Below are positions 18,414 to 27,799 of a stretch of DNA of 64,000 nucleotides, in pieces. This DNA comes from Candidatus Berkelbacteria bacterium RIFCSPLOWO2_01_FULL_50_28 (GTDB lineage: Bacteria; Patescibacteriota; UBA1384; 2-12-FULL-50-11). Both the position numbers and the translations under genes were made by a program. Each line of letters starts with the position of its first letter. Within the stretch, counting starts at the first letter, position 1. The stretch lies in the NCBI GenBank assembly GCA_001774395.1, contig MEZX01000002.1:481524-545523 (forward strand). Direction: 5' to 3'. Under the pieces are notes generated by a model. That model saw nothing but the letters and a program-made list of their open reading frames with translations. It did not search any database and was not told the DNA's origin.

Positions 18414-19775
18414 TTACTCTTTAAGAAGAAACTTCTGAGCCAATTTCTTGGCACCTTCTTTGTCCTTCGGTTCCAGCGTACCGTCTAAGACTAAGTCGAG
18501 CAAGTACTGCTTTACTTCTTTCAGCCAAACTCCGGCGGGCCGGTTGTACAACGCCATCAGCTCGTAGCCGTCTAGCGGTGATTTGATCTTGGCAATCTCA
18601 GCTTGGGCTTCTAAGCTGCGGATGCGCTCTTGCATCTCGTCTCTCATCGATTGATATTTTGCCAGTTTGGTTTGATTTGCTCCAGTCGAATCAGCGGCCG
18701 CAAAAGTGAACAAATCGTCAAGTGTTTCTCCGGCATCACGCACAAACCGGCGCACTGCCCCGTCGGTCCAGTGGCCGTCGTTATTGGGAAGGCGCTGGTG
18801 AAGACGGACTAGTTTTGTTACCAGCGATATAAAATCGTTATCGTACTTGAGCCTACTTAAAACCGTACGCGTAGCTCGTGCCCCGAGGTTTTCATGGCCG
18901 TGAAAGCTATATTCAAAACCGTCTTTTCGACGAGTAAGCGGCTTGGCGATATCGTGTAACAATGCGCACCAGCGCAGGCCCAATTCGGCGGGGGTGTTGT
19001 CTAGCACTTGAAGAATATGTTCGTAAATATCTTTGTGTTCTTTCGGATCGAATTCAAGATCGATCGTTGGAATCAGTTCAGGCAAAATATAGGCCACTAG
19101 CCCGGTTTCAACTATCAACCGAATTCCGTGGCTTGGTTTGGGGGTAAGTAAAATTTTGTTTAATTCCGCGGCCACCCGTTCGGCAGACAGGATGGCAAAA
19201 CGTTCTTTCTGCGTGCCGATCGACGAGAGAGTGCTTGGTTCTATATCAAAGCCTAGTTGGGTAGAAAAACGAATTGCTCGTAGCATGCGTAACGGATCCT
19301 CGCTAAAGCGGTCGTTGGCGTCACCAACTGATCTAATGATTTTATTTTTCAAGTCCGTGAGTCCCTCGAAAGGGTCCAGAAACTCATCCGTTGTAACATT
19401 GACGGCCATGGCGTTTATAGTGAAATCGCGTCGGGAGAGATCGTCTTTGATTGAAGTACCCCAAGTAACGGTTGGTTTACGGGAATTATCCTCATAACTT
19501 TCACCGCGAAAAGTAGTTATCTCAACTCTCTCTCCTTGGTAATTGGCTGTTACAGTGCCGAACCGTTTGCCGATTAAGCCGATCTGTTTTGCCTGGCAGG
19601 ACCGTAAGATTTCTTCCGTTTCCTCGGGAGTGCTATTAGTGGCAAAATCCCATTCTTCGAACGATCGCTTTAGCTCAAGATCTCTGACGGCCCCGCCAAC
19701 CAAAAATAGCTGCTTGCCTTGACCTTGAAATGCCCTCTCCAAAGTCTTGGGCCACTCCGGCAGATGAACGGTCAT
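18414..19775 (-). CDS. cca: CCA-adding tRNA nucleotidyltransferase with an HD domain.
   Basis: LVGGAVRD head motif and an HD domain (LHDIAKP). Confidence 0.85.
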   Translation of the reverse strand: MTVHLPEWPKTLERAFQGQGKQLFLVGGAVRDLELKRSFEEWDFATNSTPEETEEILRSCQAKQIGLIGKRFGTVTANYQGERVEITTFRGESYEDNSRKPTVTWGTSIKDDLSRRDFTINAMAVNVTTDEFLDPFEGLTDLKNKIIRSVGDANDRFSEDPLRMLRAIRFSTQLGFDIEPSTLSSIGTQKERFAILSAERVAAELNKILLTPKPSHGIRLIVETGLVAYILPELIPTIDLEFDPKEHKDIYEHILQVLDNTPAELGLRWCALLHDIAKPLTRRKDGFEYSFHGHENLGARATRTVLSRLKYDNDFISLVTKLVRLHQRLPNNDGHWTDGAVRRFVRDAGETLDDLFTFAAADSTGANQTKLAKYQSMRDEMQERIRSLEAQAEIAKIKSPLDGYELMALYNRPAGVWLKEVKQYLLDLVLDGTLEPKDKEGAKKLAQKFLLKE

Positions 19776-19879
19776 TAGAAAAAGGCGATTACAACGGTCC
19801 CAAAAATCATTAACAGAATTGTGAGCCAGATAACTACTTTCATCGATTCATCGATTAAAAACGACCATAGGGAGAATTT

Positions 19880-20947
19880 TCATAACGAGGATAGTTTTGC
19901 GGATAAATGTAACTGCGTCAAGGCGATTAGCCCAACGAAAGCAAGTAAGGTTGGGTACATCAGGCTGAAAGCAAAGACCGTGGAACCGATGTAGCAAATT
20001 GTTCCAAGTACGCTAATAAGTAGTAGCGAATTGAGAACTACCGCCGAACCAACCAACTGTCGCTTGAGTTTTGGTAGGTGTGAGTAGCGCGTTTGGACGG
20101 ATTGTGTCCATGATAACTCGGTGTGATAAACCCTGCCGATGGCTAACAAGGATACAGCCAGTGCCAAGACGAGTTCGGCAATAAATGGCAGTGGGATAAA
20201 GCGGACAATCAGGGCATAAATTATGACGAGCGTTAGAAGCTCAAATTGCACAGCCTTATCCCGTGCCAGGATGATGGCTTGGGTAACGATCAAACTCCAC
20301 CAAGTTGAGTGAGACTGGACCATCAGACGGTCCCGGGCAAAGAACTCCCAATAGGGACGTGATTTTTTGAAAGCCTCACTTTCCATACTTATTCCCCACA
20401 GGCCGCACAGCGTTACTACCGCGGACGGGATCAGTATAAGCAATCCAACTTCTGGGCTACTGAGATTCTGCAATAGCTCGCTGAAGCGCAATGTGAGCGT
20501 TGGTATACTCTGCCACAGCAAGACTACCGCCAGAATTGCTAAGGAGTTGGCAACGAGCAAGTTGACCCTTCGTAGAATTAACGTTCGGCCCCAGAATACA
20601 AATAAGAAAGATGCAAAGAGGAGTAAGGATAAGCCGATAACAACAATAAAGTCTTGTATCGGTAGAAGATTTCGAAGTCCAGCAGTAACGTAGTGGGCCA
20701 GCAGAACCGACACCATCAGCTGCAAGCCCAATATTCTGCCGATCAGATTGAGCGGTGCCAGAATCGCTGCAGTTAGACTCAGAACGGTCGCGGCAGCCAT
20801 AAAACTTGCGGACGGGCCGGCAGTAATTAGGCCCAGTTTCCAAAGCATTGTCGCGCTGAAGACCGTCAAAGACAAAACAGCGCCGATCAGTACAGCGTCT
20901 GTGGTGCTGATGCAACGCCAGCGAGCGAGCAGCTTTTTAGCGATCAT
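19880..20947 (-). CDS. Polytopic membrane protein, a probable ABC-2 type permease partner.
   Basis: Multiple hydrophobic helices. It overlaps the stop of the ABC ATPase gene by ~10 nt. Confidence 0.5.
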   Translation of the reverse strand: MIAKKLLARWRCISTTDAVLIGAVLSLTVFSATMLWKLGLITAGPSASFMAAATVLSLTAAILAPLNLIGRILGLQLMVSVLLAHYVTAGLRNLLPIQDFIVVIGLSLLLFASFLFVFWGRTLILRRVNLLVANSLAILAVVLLWQSIPTLTLRFSELLQNLSSPEVGLLILIPSAVVTLCGLWGISMESEAFKKSRPYWEFFARDRLMVQSHSTWWSLIVTQAIILARDKAVQFELLTLVIIYALIVRFIPLPFIAELVLALAVSLLAIGRVYHTELSWTQSVQTRYSHLPKLKRQLVGSAVVLNSLLLISVLGTICYIGSTVFAFSLMYPTLLAFVGLIALTQLHLSAKLSSL

Positions 20948-21659
20948 GGTCGTAAAGATGATTATAAATATCTTCCAAGCCACGTTTGCAGCCGAACTGC
21001 CGCGAAAGCTCAGTCGGTGTGCCGCAAGCAAGTAACGTCCCTTCACGCAAAAATACGACTCTGTCGGCGACTGTCGCGGCAAAACTCAGGTTGTTGGTAG
21101 CCAGCAGTAGGGATCGCCCGTTTTTCTTTAGTTGATGAATTTTGGCGACGAGGTGTTGCTGTAAGCCGAAGTCCAAAGATACCCCTGGCTCGTCCCAGAC
21201 GATGTTTTGGGGGTTGTGAATGATACTAGCCATCAGAGCTACCTGCTCGATGACGGCTTCACCCATATAGCGAAGCGGGGTGTGAAGATATTCGCGGCAG
21301 TCGAACGTTTCCAGCAGCTCCTCCACTCGTTTGAAGCGTGATCGCGGCTCAACACCGTAAGCGGAACCGATCAGCTCGAGTTGCTCCATCCCGGTCAGAT
21401 AAGGCTCTACTTCCCTTGGTCGGCCGACGTAACCCAAGTGCAGCAGAGCCGAGTCCTTCTCTTTGCTTAGGTCGAAATGCTGGACGATAATTTTTCCGTC
21501 AATAATATCGCCGTAACCAACGACCGATCTCAACAGACAAGATTTTCCAGAGCCCACCGGACCGACGACAGCAACAACCTCGCCCGATCCAACCGAAAGA
21601 GAAACGTTACTTAGTTTGGTTACACCGTCGAAAACCGTAAGATCACGAAGATCAAGCAT
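20937..21659 (-). CDS. ABC transporter ATP-binding protein.
   Basis: Walker A GPVGSGKS and Walker B IVWDEP. Confidence 0.85.
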   Translation of the reverse strand: MLDLRDLTVFDGVTKLSNVSLSVGSGEVVAVVGPVGSGKSCLLRSVVGYGDIIDGKIIVQHFDLSKEKDSALLHLGYVGRPREVEPYLTGMEQLELIGSAYGVEPRSRFKRVEELLETFDCREYLHTPLRYMGEAVIEQVALMASIIHNPQNIVWDEPGVSLDFGLQQHLVAKIHQLKKNGRSLLLATNNLSFAATVADRVVFLREGTLLACGTPTELSRQFGCKRGLEDIYNHLYDHDR

Positions 21660-22158
21660 GGCGCAGAAGATACAGTTTCGGATTGCTGTCGAGGTCGGTG
21701 AACTGGTCTAGCACCTCAAGCAGCTTCCCGGAAGTACTTCTGCCAAACGCGATCCCTTCGACGCGACAGCCCTTATTTTCCTTTAAATACGTTACTAACG
21801 GTGCAAAATCGCCGTCGCCAGTAACGAGGACGACAACGTCTAACCGATCAGCAATCTTGATGGCGTCAACAGCAATTCCCACATCCCAGTCCCCTTTTTT
21901 GGCTCCGCCCGCAAAAATTTGGATATCTTTTGAACAGATCTCGAGTCCGGCTTTAGATAGAGCATCAAAAAACCCTTGCTCCTTCGGGGCTTCGGATTTA
22001 ATAACGTAAGCAAGGGATCGGATTATCTGTCTCTTCCCGATGGCTGTCTCGAGAATTTTGCCAAAATTTACGTAGCTTTCGTACATTGCTCGTGCCGAGT
22101 AGTACAAATTCTGAACGTCGATGAAAACACCAACTCTTTGTCCGTCGTAATTAATCAT
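21652..22158 (-). CDS. NYN/LabA-like domain protein.
   Basis: VFIDVQNLYYS...LVTGDGDF. Confidence 0.75.
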   Translation of the reverse strand: MINYDGQRVGVFIDVQNLYYSARAMYESYVNFGKILETAIGKRQIIRSLAYVIKSEAPKEQGFFDALSKAGLEICSKDIQIFAGGAKKGDWDVGIAVDAIKIADRLDVVVLVTGDGDFAPLVTYLKENKGCRVEGIAFGRSTSGKLLEVLDQFTDLDSNPKLYLLRHA

Positions 22159-22205
22159 TGCTCTATCATAGCAACAAATAGTGGCAAGCCGGTAATTAGC
22201 GTCTG

Positions 22206-22793
22206 TTACTTCGTCAGGTAGACTAAAACATCGAAGCTGCCACCCATTGGGGTCTGTTCAATAGCTGACTCTGTGCCGATGAGGGCTGAAACGGTTTGGG
22301 CGTCAGACAGGTGACCAGTCGTATACCAAATTTGCGTTTCGGTGTAACTGAACTGGGAGGCTCCGCTGTCAACCGCGTTGTAGCCAAGTCGTCGTAACTT
22401 CTGGATTAGCTGATCGGACGGATCAGTCTTGGCGCCGTCACGGTAAACCCAGATAGCAGTTTTAGTCTTGGCCTGATCAGCGGCTGAGCCGTTCAGTTCG
22501 GTAGGGTTTCCAGCTTTATTGAGCGATTCGGTCTCATTTTCGGAGACGAATTTCCAGTATATGCCGCCCGCGGCCAAGATTAAACCAAGGAGTAGGACGA
22601 TGAGCAGCCAATTTTTCGACTTATTTTGTGGCCCTTCGACGAGCTCACGGTTCGACCGTCCTGAGCTCACCGTCGAAGGAGGGTCACCCCGAGGGGACTC
22701 GAGGGGTGGCTCTTTGACTACGAGCTGTAATTTTATTGGGTTAATAGCGGGAGTACTGGTTTTTTGCCGACGAAAATCCATGTCGCGTGTCAT
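22206..22793 (-). CDS. Membrane-anchored protein with a LytR_C-like C-terminal domain.
   Basis: A TM segment plus IWVYRDGAKTD...LGYNAVDSGAS. Confidence 0.5.
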   Translation of the reverse strand: MTRDMDFRRQKTSTPAINPIKLQLVVKEPPLESPRGDPPSTVSSGRSNRELVEGPQNKSKNWLLIVLLLGLILAAGGIYWKFVSENETESLNKAGNPTELNGSAADQAKTKTAIWVYRDGAKTDPSDQLIQKLRRLGYNAVDSGASQFSYTETQIWYTTGHLSDAQTVSALIGTESAIEQTPMGGSFDVLVYLTK

Positions 22794-22820
22794 ATCTGCA
22801 GATTACCCGAACGGTGGTTG

Positions 22821-23063
22821 TTAGTCCAAGCGTGGAATGGGCTCAAGGCCGTCTTTTGGGGTATCTTCTTTGGGCGGGTTATTGACTGGTGTTGTTGGCG
22901 TTTTACCAAATCGCAAAACTATACGTCTCCTTTTGCGGTCGAGTGCTAGCTCGACGCCGTCACCCCTATTAACCTCTAGCGCGACAAGCCACTTTTTGGG
23001 GATTAAGAGGGCTAAAGAATAGCGGCCAAATAAGAATAATTTTCTTGTTGAATGTATTCGCAT
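22821..23063 (-). CDS. AbrB/MazE/SpoVT-type DNA-binding protein.
   Basis: SLALLIPKKWLVALEVNRGDGVELALDRKRRRIVLRF looped-hinge helix pattern. Confidence 0.55.
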   Translation of the reverse strand: MRIHSTRKLFLFGRYSLALLIPKKWLVALEVNRGDGVELALDRKRRRIVLRFGKTPTTPVNNPPKEDTPKDGLEPIPRLD

Positions 23064-23264
23064 CTATAAAAGACATATACCAAAGTAATTCAAAAATCAA
23101 AAGTCAAATGCCAAAATGGTATAGTAACAACAGCGACTAACCAAAAAGCCGTGACAACACTAAGCGGTGGTTCATTTCCTGCCGGTAGTCGTAGCGTTGA
23201 ACGCAAAACAACGCGACTCGTCCCTGGGTCCTCGCCAGACGCTCCTCTTGGCGGGGCCCCTCCC

Positions 23265-23873
23265 CTAGCCAAATTTGCGGATTACACCGCGAACTTTGCC
23301 TTGAATCGTAACTTTCTTTACTCGGATAGGTTGATAATTTCGGTTGGCTGGTTGTAGACGGATGTGGTCTTTCTCACGATAAAAACGCTTCAACGTGACA
23401 TTGTCTTTGTCGATTAACGCCACGACTATATCGCCGTTGCGAGGCTGGTTGCACGGCTCAACTACTACAAAATCGCCGTCCAAGATGCCGTCGTCCATCA
23501 TCGAGTCCCCTTTTACCTTCAGCGCAAAGACGTTCTTGCTCATCATATCGCGCGGAATCTCTAGTGTCTCGCTGGTGCGAATGGCTTCGATCGGTTTGCC
23601 GGCCTGAATAGCACCAAAAAGCGGAATGCTAAAACCGGAGAAAATTGAGTCGCCATTAACTTGGATTGGCTCAGTAGGTTTAAGGGCGCGATAGCCCGAT
23701 TCGTCGCTAGAGAGGTAGCCTTTGAGCTTCAGGTTTTCAACATGTTCGGCCACGGTGGCAACCGACGAAAAACCGAAATGATCGGCGATCTCGCGATAGC
23801 TCGGCGCGTAACCGTTCACCTCTAAGTACTTCTCTATAAACTCTAGGATCACTTTTTGTTTCGGGGTTAACAT
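23265..23873 (-). CDS. lexA: LexA repressor.
   Basis: N-terminal wHTH, KVKGDSM (catalytic Ser) and LKRF (Lys). Confidence 0.9.
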   Translation of the reverse strand: MLTPKQKVILEFIEKYLEVNGYAPSYREIADHFGFSSVATVAEHVENLKLKGYLSSDESGYRALKPTEPIQVNGDSIFSGFSIPLFGAIQAGKPIEAIRTSETLEIPRDMMSKNVFALKVKGDSMMDDGILDGDFVVVEPCNQPRNGDIVVALIDKDNVTLKRFYREKDHIRLQPANRNYQPIRVKKVTIQGKVRGVIRKFG

Positions 23874-23890
23874 TTGGCCTCCTTTGAACT

Positions 23891-23920
23891 AACATACCGA
23901 ACAAAGTCCGAAGTTGTCAA
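23891..23920 (-). promoter_or_regulatory. lexA promoter with a putative LexA box in the spacer.
   Basis: Minus strand: TTGACA ACTTCGGACTTTGTTCGG TATGTT, followed by a GGAGG RBS and ATG. The box is a CTTC-N7-GTTC direct repeat. Confidence 0.6.
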
Positions 23921-23929
23921 GTGTCGCTT

Positions 23930-25189
23930 TCATACTCGTTTGGTAAACGGGTTAATTTCCGTAATTTGCGGTAGGTATAATCGCTTATTTCTACCGTCGG
24001 GCAGTTTATGGATGCGTTTTTTAATCGCGGCCAGCGCTCCGCGAAAAACTGTAAATTCGCCGTAACGACGATTAAGTGAGTGAACTTGGCTATTCAGCGC
24101 TTCTTGGCGTTGCTCTTCAACAAAAAGTGGAGCGCTTAAATTCTCCCAACTAGTTAGATCGCTTACGGTTACAGCTACTAAACGAACTGGTTGGAGTGAG
24201 GATATTTCGTGGAGCAAATTTTCGGCGGCTAGATAAACGTCGTAACCGGAGCGTAGGAAACGTTTTTGGTTGCGGCTCTCATCGAAACCCGTGCGGTCAC
24301 CAAAACGCAGGTATAGGCTGACTGTTTTGCCGGCTAAATTTTTCTGACGCATTCGAGCACCGACTCGTTCGCACAAAAGCAGTAGGACTTTTTTGACGTC
24401 GCTAGGGTTGGCGATATCTTGCGGCAAGGTGTACGAGTGGCCGATCGATTTTTCTTGGGGCAAGGATCGCCAGGAATGTAAAATGTTCGAATCACGGCCG
24501 TTACCGATATTATGAAGCCAGGTACCGGTGTATTCGCCAAAAGTTGCGGTTAACATCTCGCACGGCATAGACCCCAACTCGGCAATCGTGTTAATGCCCA
24601 TACGGTTTAAACGTGGGTGCAGCCTGAAACCGATGCCGCAGAGCTCTTCAATCGGGGTAACGGCTGCAATTTTGGCAAAATCTTCCGGTCGAATGACGGT
24701 TAGGCCATCGGGCTTTTGCATCTCACTGGCGAGTTTAGCCAGTGTTTTGCCGTAAGAAATGCCCACAGAGCAGCTTACCCATTCCCCTATCTCGCGTCTA
24801 ATGGCCTGTTTGAGGCGTTTAGCAATGATTATAGCCTCGTCCCAGCTCATATCGTCGTACAGGTCCAAAAACGCCTCGTCGATGGAAAAGATGTCTACTT
24901 TGGGCCCGAAGCGCTCCATAATATTGAAGATACGTTTGCTGGTGAAAATATAGCGGTCGTAATCGGCCTCGATGATAATAATTTTGGGGCACAAGCGCTT
25001 CGCTTCCCAGGAAGACATACCGGATTTGACGCCGAATTTTTTGGCCTCAATTGAAGCACCAGCCACAACCGTTCTTTCCCCTTTTCCCTTGCCAGCCACA
25101 CCGATTGGTTTGCCGCGCAAACTGGGATAGGCCTGCTGTTCTAGCGTGGCAAAGTAAGAGTTGACGTCTAGATGAAGGATCTTCTTCAT
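23930..25189 (-). CDS. dinB: DNA polymerase IV (Y-family).
   Basis: LHLDVNSYFATLEQ..., SIDEAFLDL, and the general Y-family polymerase architecture. Confidence 0.9.
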   Translation of the reverse strand: MKKILHLDVNSYFATLEQQAYPSLRGKPIGVAGKGKGERTVVAGASIEAKKFGVKSGMSSWEAKRLCPKIIIIEADYDRYIFTSKRIFNIMERFGPKVDIFSIDEAFLDLYDDMSWDEAIIIAKRLKQAIRREIGEWVSCSVGISYGKTLAKLASEMQKPDGLTVIRPEDFAKIAAVTPIEELCGIGFRLHPRLNRMGINTIAELGSMPCEMLTATFGEYTGTWLHNIGNGRDSNILHSWRSLPQEKSIGHSYTLPQDIANPSDVKKVLLLLCERVGARMRQKNLAGKTVSLYLRFGDRTGFDESRNQKRFLRSGYDVYLAAENLLHEISSLQPVRLVAVTVSDLTSWENLSAPLFVEEQRQEALNSQVHSLNRRYGEFTVFRGALAAIKKRIHKLPDGRNKRLYLPQITEINPFTKRV

Positions 25190-25192
25190 CTA

Positions 25193-25322
25193 GACAAATC
25201 CCAATATCCAAACTCTAAATCCCAAACAATAGCCAAATCCCAATTTTTCAAAGTTTTGAACATTACAATTTGGGTCATTGGAATTTGTTTAGGGATTGGA
25301 TTATTTGGTTATTGGAATTTCG
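25193..25322. repeat. AT-rich intergenic element D. An AAATCCC-type 7-bp array is followed by its inverted counterpart (GGGATT...).
   Basis: aaatcccaatatccaaactctaaatcccaaacaat...aaatcccaattttt ... tgggtcattggaatttgtttagggattggattatttggttattggaattt. Confidence 0.6.
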
Positions 25323-25324
25323 CG

Positions 25325-25579
25325 TCATCGATTTACGATGTCGCGTAGGTACCACTCGAGGGTGGTGGGGTTGAAGACGATCTGGTAGTCGTTGCCGGCG
25401 GCAGAAACTGCAAAGTGATAGAAGGACCGATTATTACTTTTTTCGATATGGAACAGGTTGGCTGTGTCAACTCGGTAGTTGCGATTCCGCCAGTTGAAAA
25501 AGTGAATAAGAATTTTGTGGGGCGCAAAACTAGCCAGGACACGAATCCGTTCCCCTACTTCTTGTTTGGTCTCTTCCAT
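25325..25579 (-). CDS. Small hypothetical protein of 84 aa upstream of dinB. It could be a YolD-like accessory factor for the Y-family polymerase.
   Basis: ORF with an upstream promoter carrying a second copy of the LexA-box motif. The YolD-like call is inferred from position only. Confidence 0.4.
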   Translation of the reverse strand: MEETKQEVGERIRVLASFAPHKILIHFFNWRNRNYRVDTANLFHIEKSNNRSFYHFAVSAAGNDYQIVFNPTTLEWYLRDIVNR

Positions 25580-25593
25580 CTATTTTCACACTA

Positions 25594-25617
25594 CCGAACA
25601 AAAACCGAAGTCGTCAA
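25594..25617 (-). promoter_or_regulatory. Second putative LexA box and promoter.
   Basis: Minus strand: TTGACG ACTTCGGTTTTTGTTCGG TAGTGT. This matches the lexA promoter in 16 of 18 box positions. Confidence 0.55.
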
Positions 25618-25842
25618 CCCCGCACTATGTCAGCTGACAATTTTTTTTTCGCTTTGCTGGGTTTGCTATTTAGAATATGCTACAGATTCCAGGAAGATTC
25701 AGTGGAAGTTGAGAGTAAGAATTGGGAAAGCAAAGTTCAGCTGCAAAGTGCGGGGTAAGCCAGACAGTAGCACCCGAGTTGACAACGAGCGCAGTAACCT
25801 GTAAGATGGATGTTCTACCCATTTGGTAGAGGGAGGATACGT

Positions 25843-26127
25843 ATGGCAGTAGTAGCAATCGACCCAGCGCTTTTGGCCGCGGATCGCGAGAAGGGACGCG
25901 ACAGAAAACCGCGGCTTACCAAGCGCGAGATCGAGATTTTGAATCTCATTGCTCAGGGCCACAGCAGCAAGGAAGCTGCTGACGTGTTGTTCGTCTCTAA
26001 GCGAACCGTGGATTCCCATTTGGCGAATATCTACGATAAGCTGCAAGTGAACAACCGCGTTCAGGCCTATCGAGCAGCAACCAGGCTCGGGCTCATACCT
26101 TTTGAGCCTACATTCAGGAGCTACTAA
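25843..26127 (+). CDS. LuxR/GerE-family HTH transcriptional regulator, stand-alone.
   Basis: LTKREIEILNLIAQGHSSKEAADVLFVSKRTVDSHLANIYDKLQV. A GGAGG RBS precedes MAVVAID. Confidence 0.8.
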   Translation: MAVVAIDPALLAADREKGRDRKPRLTKREIEILNLIAQGHSSKEAADVLFVSKRTVDSHLANIYDKLQVNNRVQAYRAATRLGLIPFEPTFRSY

Positions 26128-26328
26128 GCTCCAAACACCCCGCCCAAGGATGGGTCGTCTCAATGGAGAGGCGGCCCGCTATCTTTATGTTTGGTTTTTG
26201 TTGGGGACAACTTTGGGGATATGTGGATAACCGAAAACTTTCCGAAATAACTTTGAAGATTGATTTTTATCTTTAACAGGAGTAAAGTGTGCTAACAGTA
26301 CATTGGTAGTCACGACTTTGGAGGTCAT

Positions 26329-27282
26329 ATGGCCACAAGCAAGATTCTAGTTCATTCAAGTGCGTCGGATAAAGACGCGCATATTCCGGATGCGGTGACG
26401 AAAGCAGTTGCTCTGGCGCAACGGAGCGGCGTAAAAGCCGAAGCGGTTGAGAGCCTTCTGGAGATAAAGCGACGGCTGATGCTGCCATCTGACGATCCGC
26501 AGTGGGCCGCTGGGGCAATCTCGGCCGATAGAACGGCTAATGTGTTGGCCAGTACGCGCATCGACCCGATCATGATCATCAACCCAGCAACGGGGCAAGT
26601 TGAGAGACTGCGTTCTCCGCTGGCGGCTGTTCTGCCAACTGCGAAGAGAGGCTACAATTTCGTTCTCACTGACGCCGGGGCGTACATGAACACCGACTGG
26701 GGTCAAGTTGCGTTGGGGGCGTTGCTATGCGGCAGTCTGTGGAGAGTGCTACATGGCAAGAAATTTCCGCGCTACGGCGTTCTTGGGTACGGCGAAGAGT
26801 TCGACAAGCTGCCGGAAGACTTAAAACGTGTTTATGTTTTCCTGGCGAGCTTCCCGAACCGAACAGTCAAGGTTGTCGAGTCAAAGGAGGTTCTGGGCGG
26901 AGACAGTGTTGAGGTTCTTATCCCCCGGAACGGCGAGATCGGCAACGTCTTCCTGAAAACAGCGGAAGCAACCCTTGGGTGTTTTGGGACCATACTCAAA
27001 GAAGAACTGGGAGCCGATGTTCAAAGCAAGCTTGGAGCTGTCCTCAGCGCCCCGGCATTCCGTCGCGTCAAAGCACGGCTTTATCTTCCAGAGTCGCACG
27101 GAGCGTTGGTCTTGGGCTGCAGAGCGCCGGTGATGAAACACCACGGGCGAATGGATTCAGATGGTCTGCTTCTGGCAATTCTGCGACTCCACCGCATAAT
27201 TCAGGACAACGTGCTGTCACGCGTTCGTGCGGATTTCTGGAACGAAATCGAACGCAGCCATCCAGAGCTGATCCCGAGATGA
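26329..27282 (+). CDS. PlsX-like phosphate acyltransferase family protein, divergent.
   Basis: NFVLTDAGAYMN, VEVLIPRNGEIGNVFLKTAEATLG and MKHHGRMDSDGLLLAI align with PlsX motifs. The gene ends in a TGA stop and is followed by a terminator hairpin and T-run at 27310-27335. Confidence 0.5.
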   Translation: MATSKILVHSSASDKDAHIPDAVTKAVALAQRSGVKAEAVESLLEIKRRLMLPSDDPQWAAGAISADRTANVLASTRIDPIMIINPATGQVERLRSPLAAVLPTAKRGYNFVLTDAGAYMNTDWGQVALGALLCGSLWRVLHGKKFPRYGVLGYGEEFDKLPEDLKRVYVFLASFPNRTVKVVESKEVLGGDSVEVLIPRNGEIGNVFLKTAEATLGCFGTILKEELGADVQSKLGAVLSAPAFRRVKARLYLPESHGALVLGCRAPVMKHHGRMDSDGLLLAILRLHRIIQDNVLSRVRADFWNEIERSHPELIPR

Positions 27283-27392
27283 AAAAGCCAGGGATAATTC
27301 AAGGCCCCGAGACATTCGTGTCGAGGGGTTCTTTTTGTAATAAAAACGACCCCCGCCTGGCACGAAGCCCTGCGGGGGTCTGGAAGCGAACG

Positions 27393-27731
27393 CTATCGGC
27401 GGGAGATTCGACAGCCTCCGGGCAAAAGCCCTAGGGCAATTAGCTGTCGCTCCTCGCGGAGTTCGGCGTTTCTCGCGCCGACCTTGGCGATCTCCCGTCG
27501 CCGCCCTTCCTGGATTCCCGCCTCGTAGAGGCAGATCAGGAAGTGAAGGACGATCGCCAGCGCGAAGGTGGCCAATGCAACCAGGATCGCGCTTCCCTGG
27601 TACGATGCCCAGCGGTCGTTGAGATCGCCGGGACGTTCCGCCCCGTACTTATAGAGCAGGGCGAGAACTACCGCGACTGCGCCGACTCCGGCACAGAAAT
27701 TTCTAATCGTTGACATCATGTCGGTGTGCAC
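27393..27731 (-). CDS. Small membrane protein with two TM segments.
   Basis: Hydrophobic segments. A terminator hairpin (acccccgc...gcgggggt followed by a U-run on the minus strand) lies at 27345-27385. Confidence 0.4.
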   Translation of the reverse strand: MHTDMMSTIRNFCAGVGAVAVVLALLYKYGAERPGDLNDRWASYQGSAILVALATFALAIVLHFLICLYEAGIQEGRRREIAKVGARNAELREERQLIALGLLPGGCRISRR

Positions 27732-27799
27732 CTCATCCGTGTAGGATGAAAGAACCTTACCACAAATGGGTCAAAATGTCAAGAGAAGACGGTATTCTT

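Noticed and set aside
23090-23272. A GC-rich 60-aa ORF and ~120 nt structured segment downstream of lexA as a gene or sRNA.
   Set aside because: No RBS, no recognisable RNA family, and no coding signal were found. It may be the lexA 3' UTR or terminator region.
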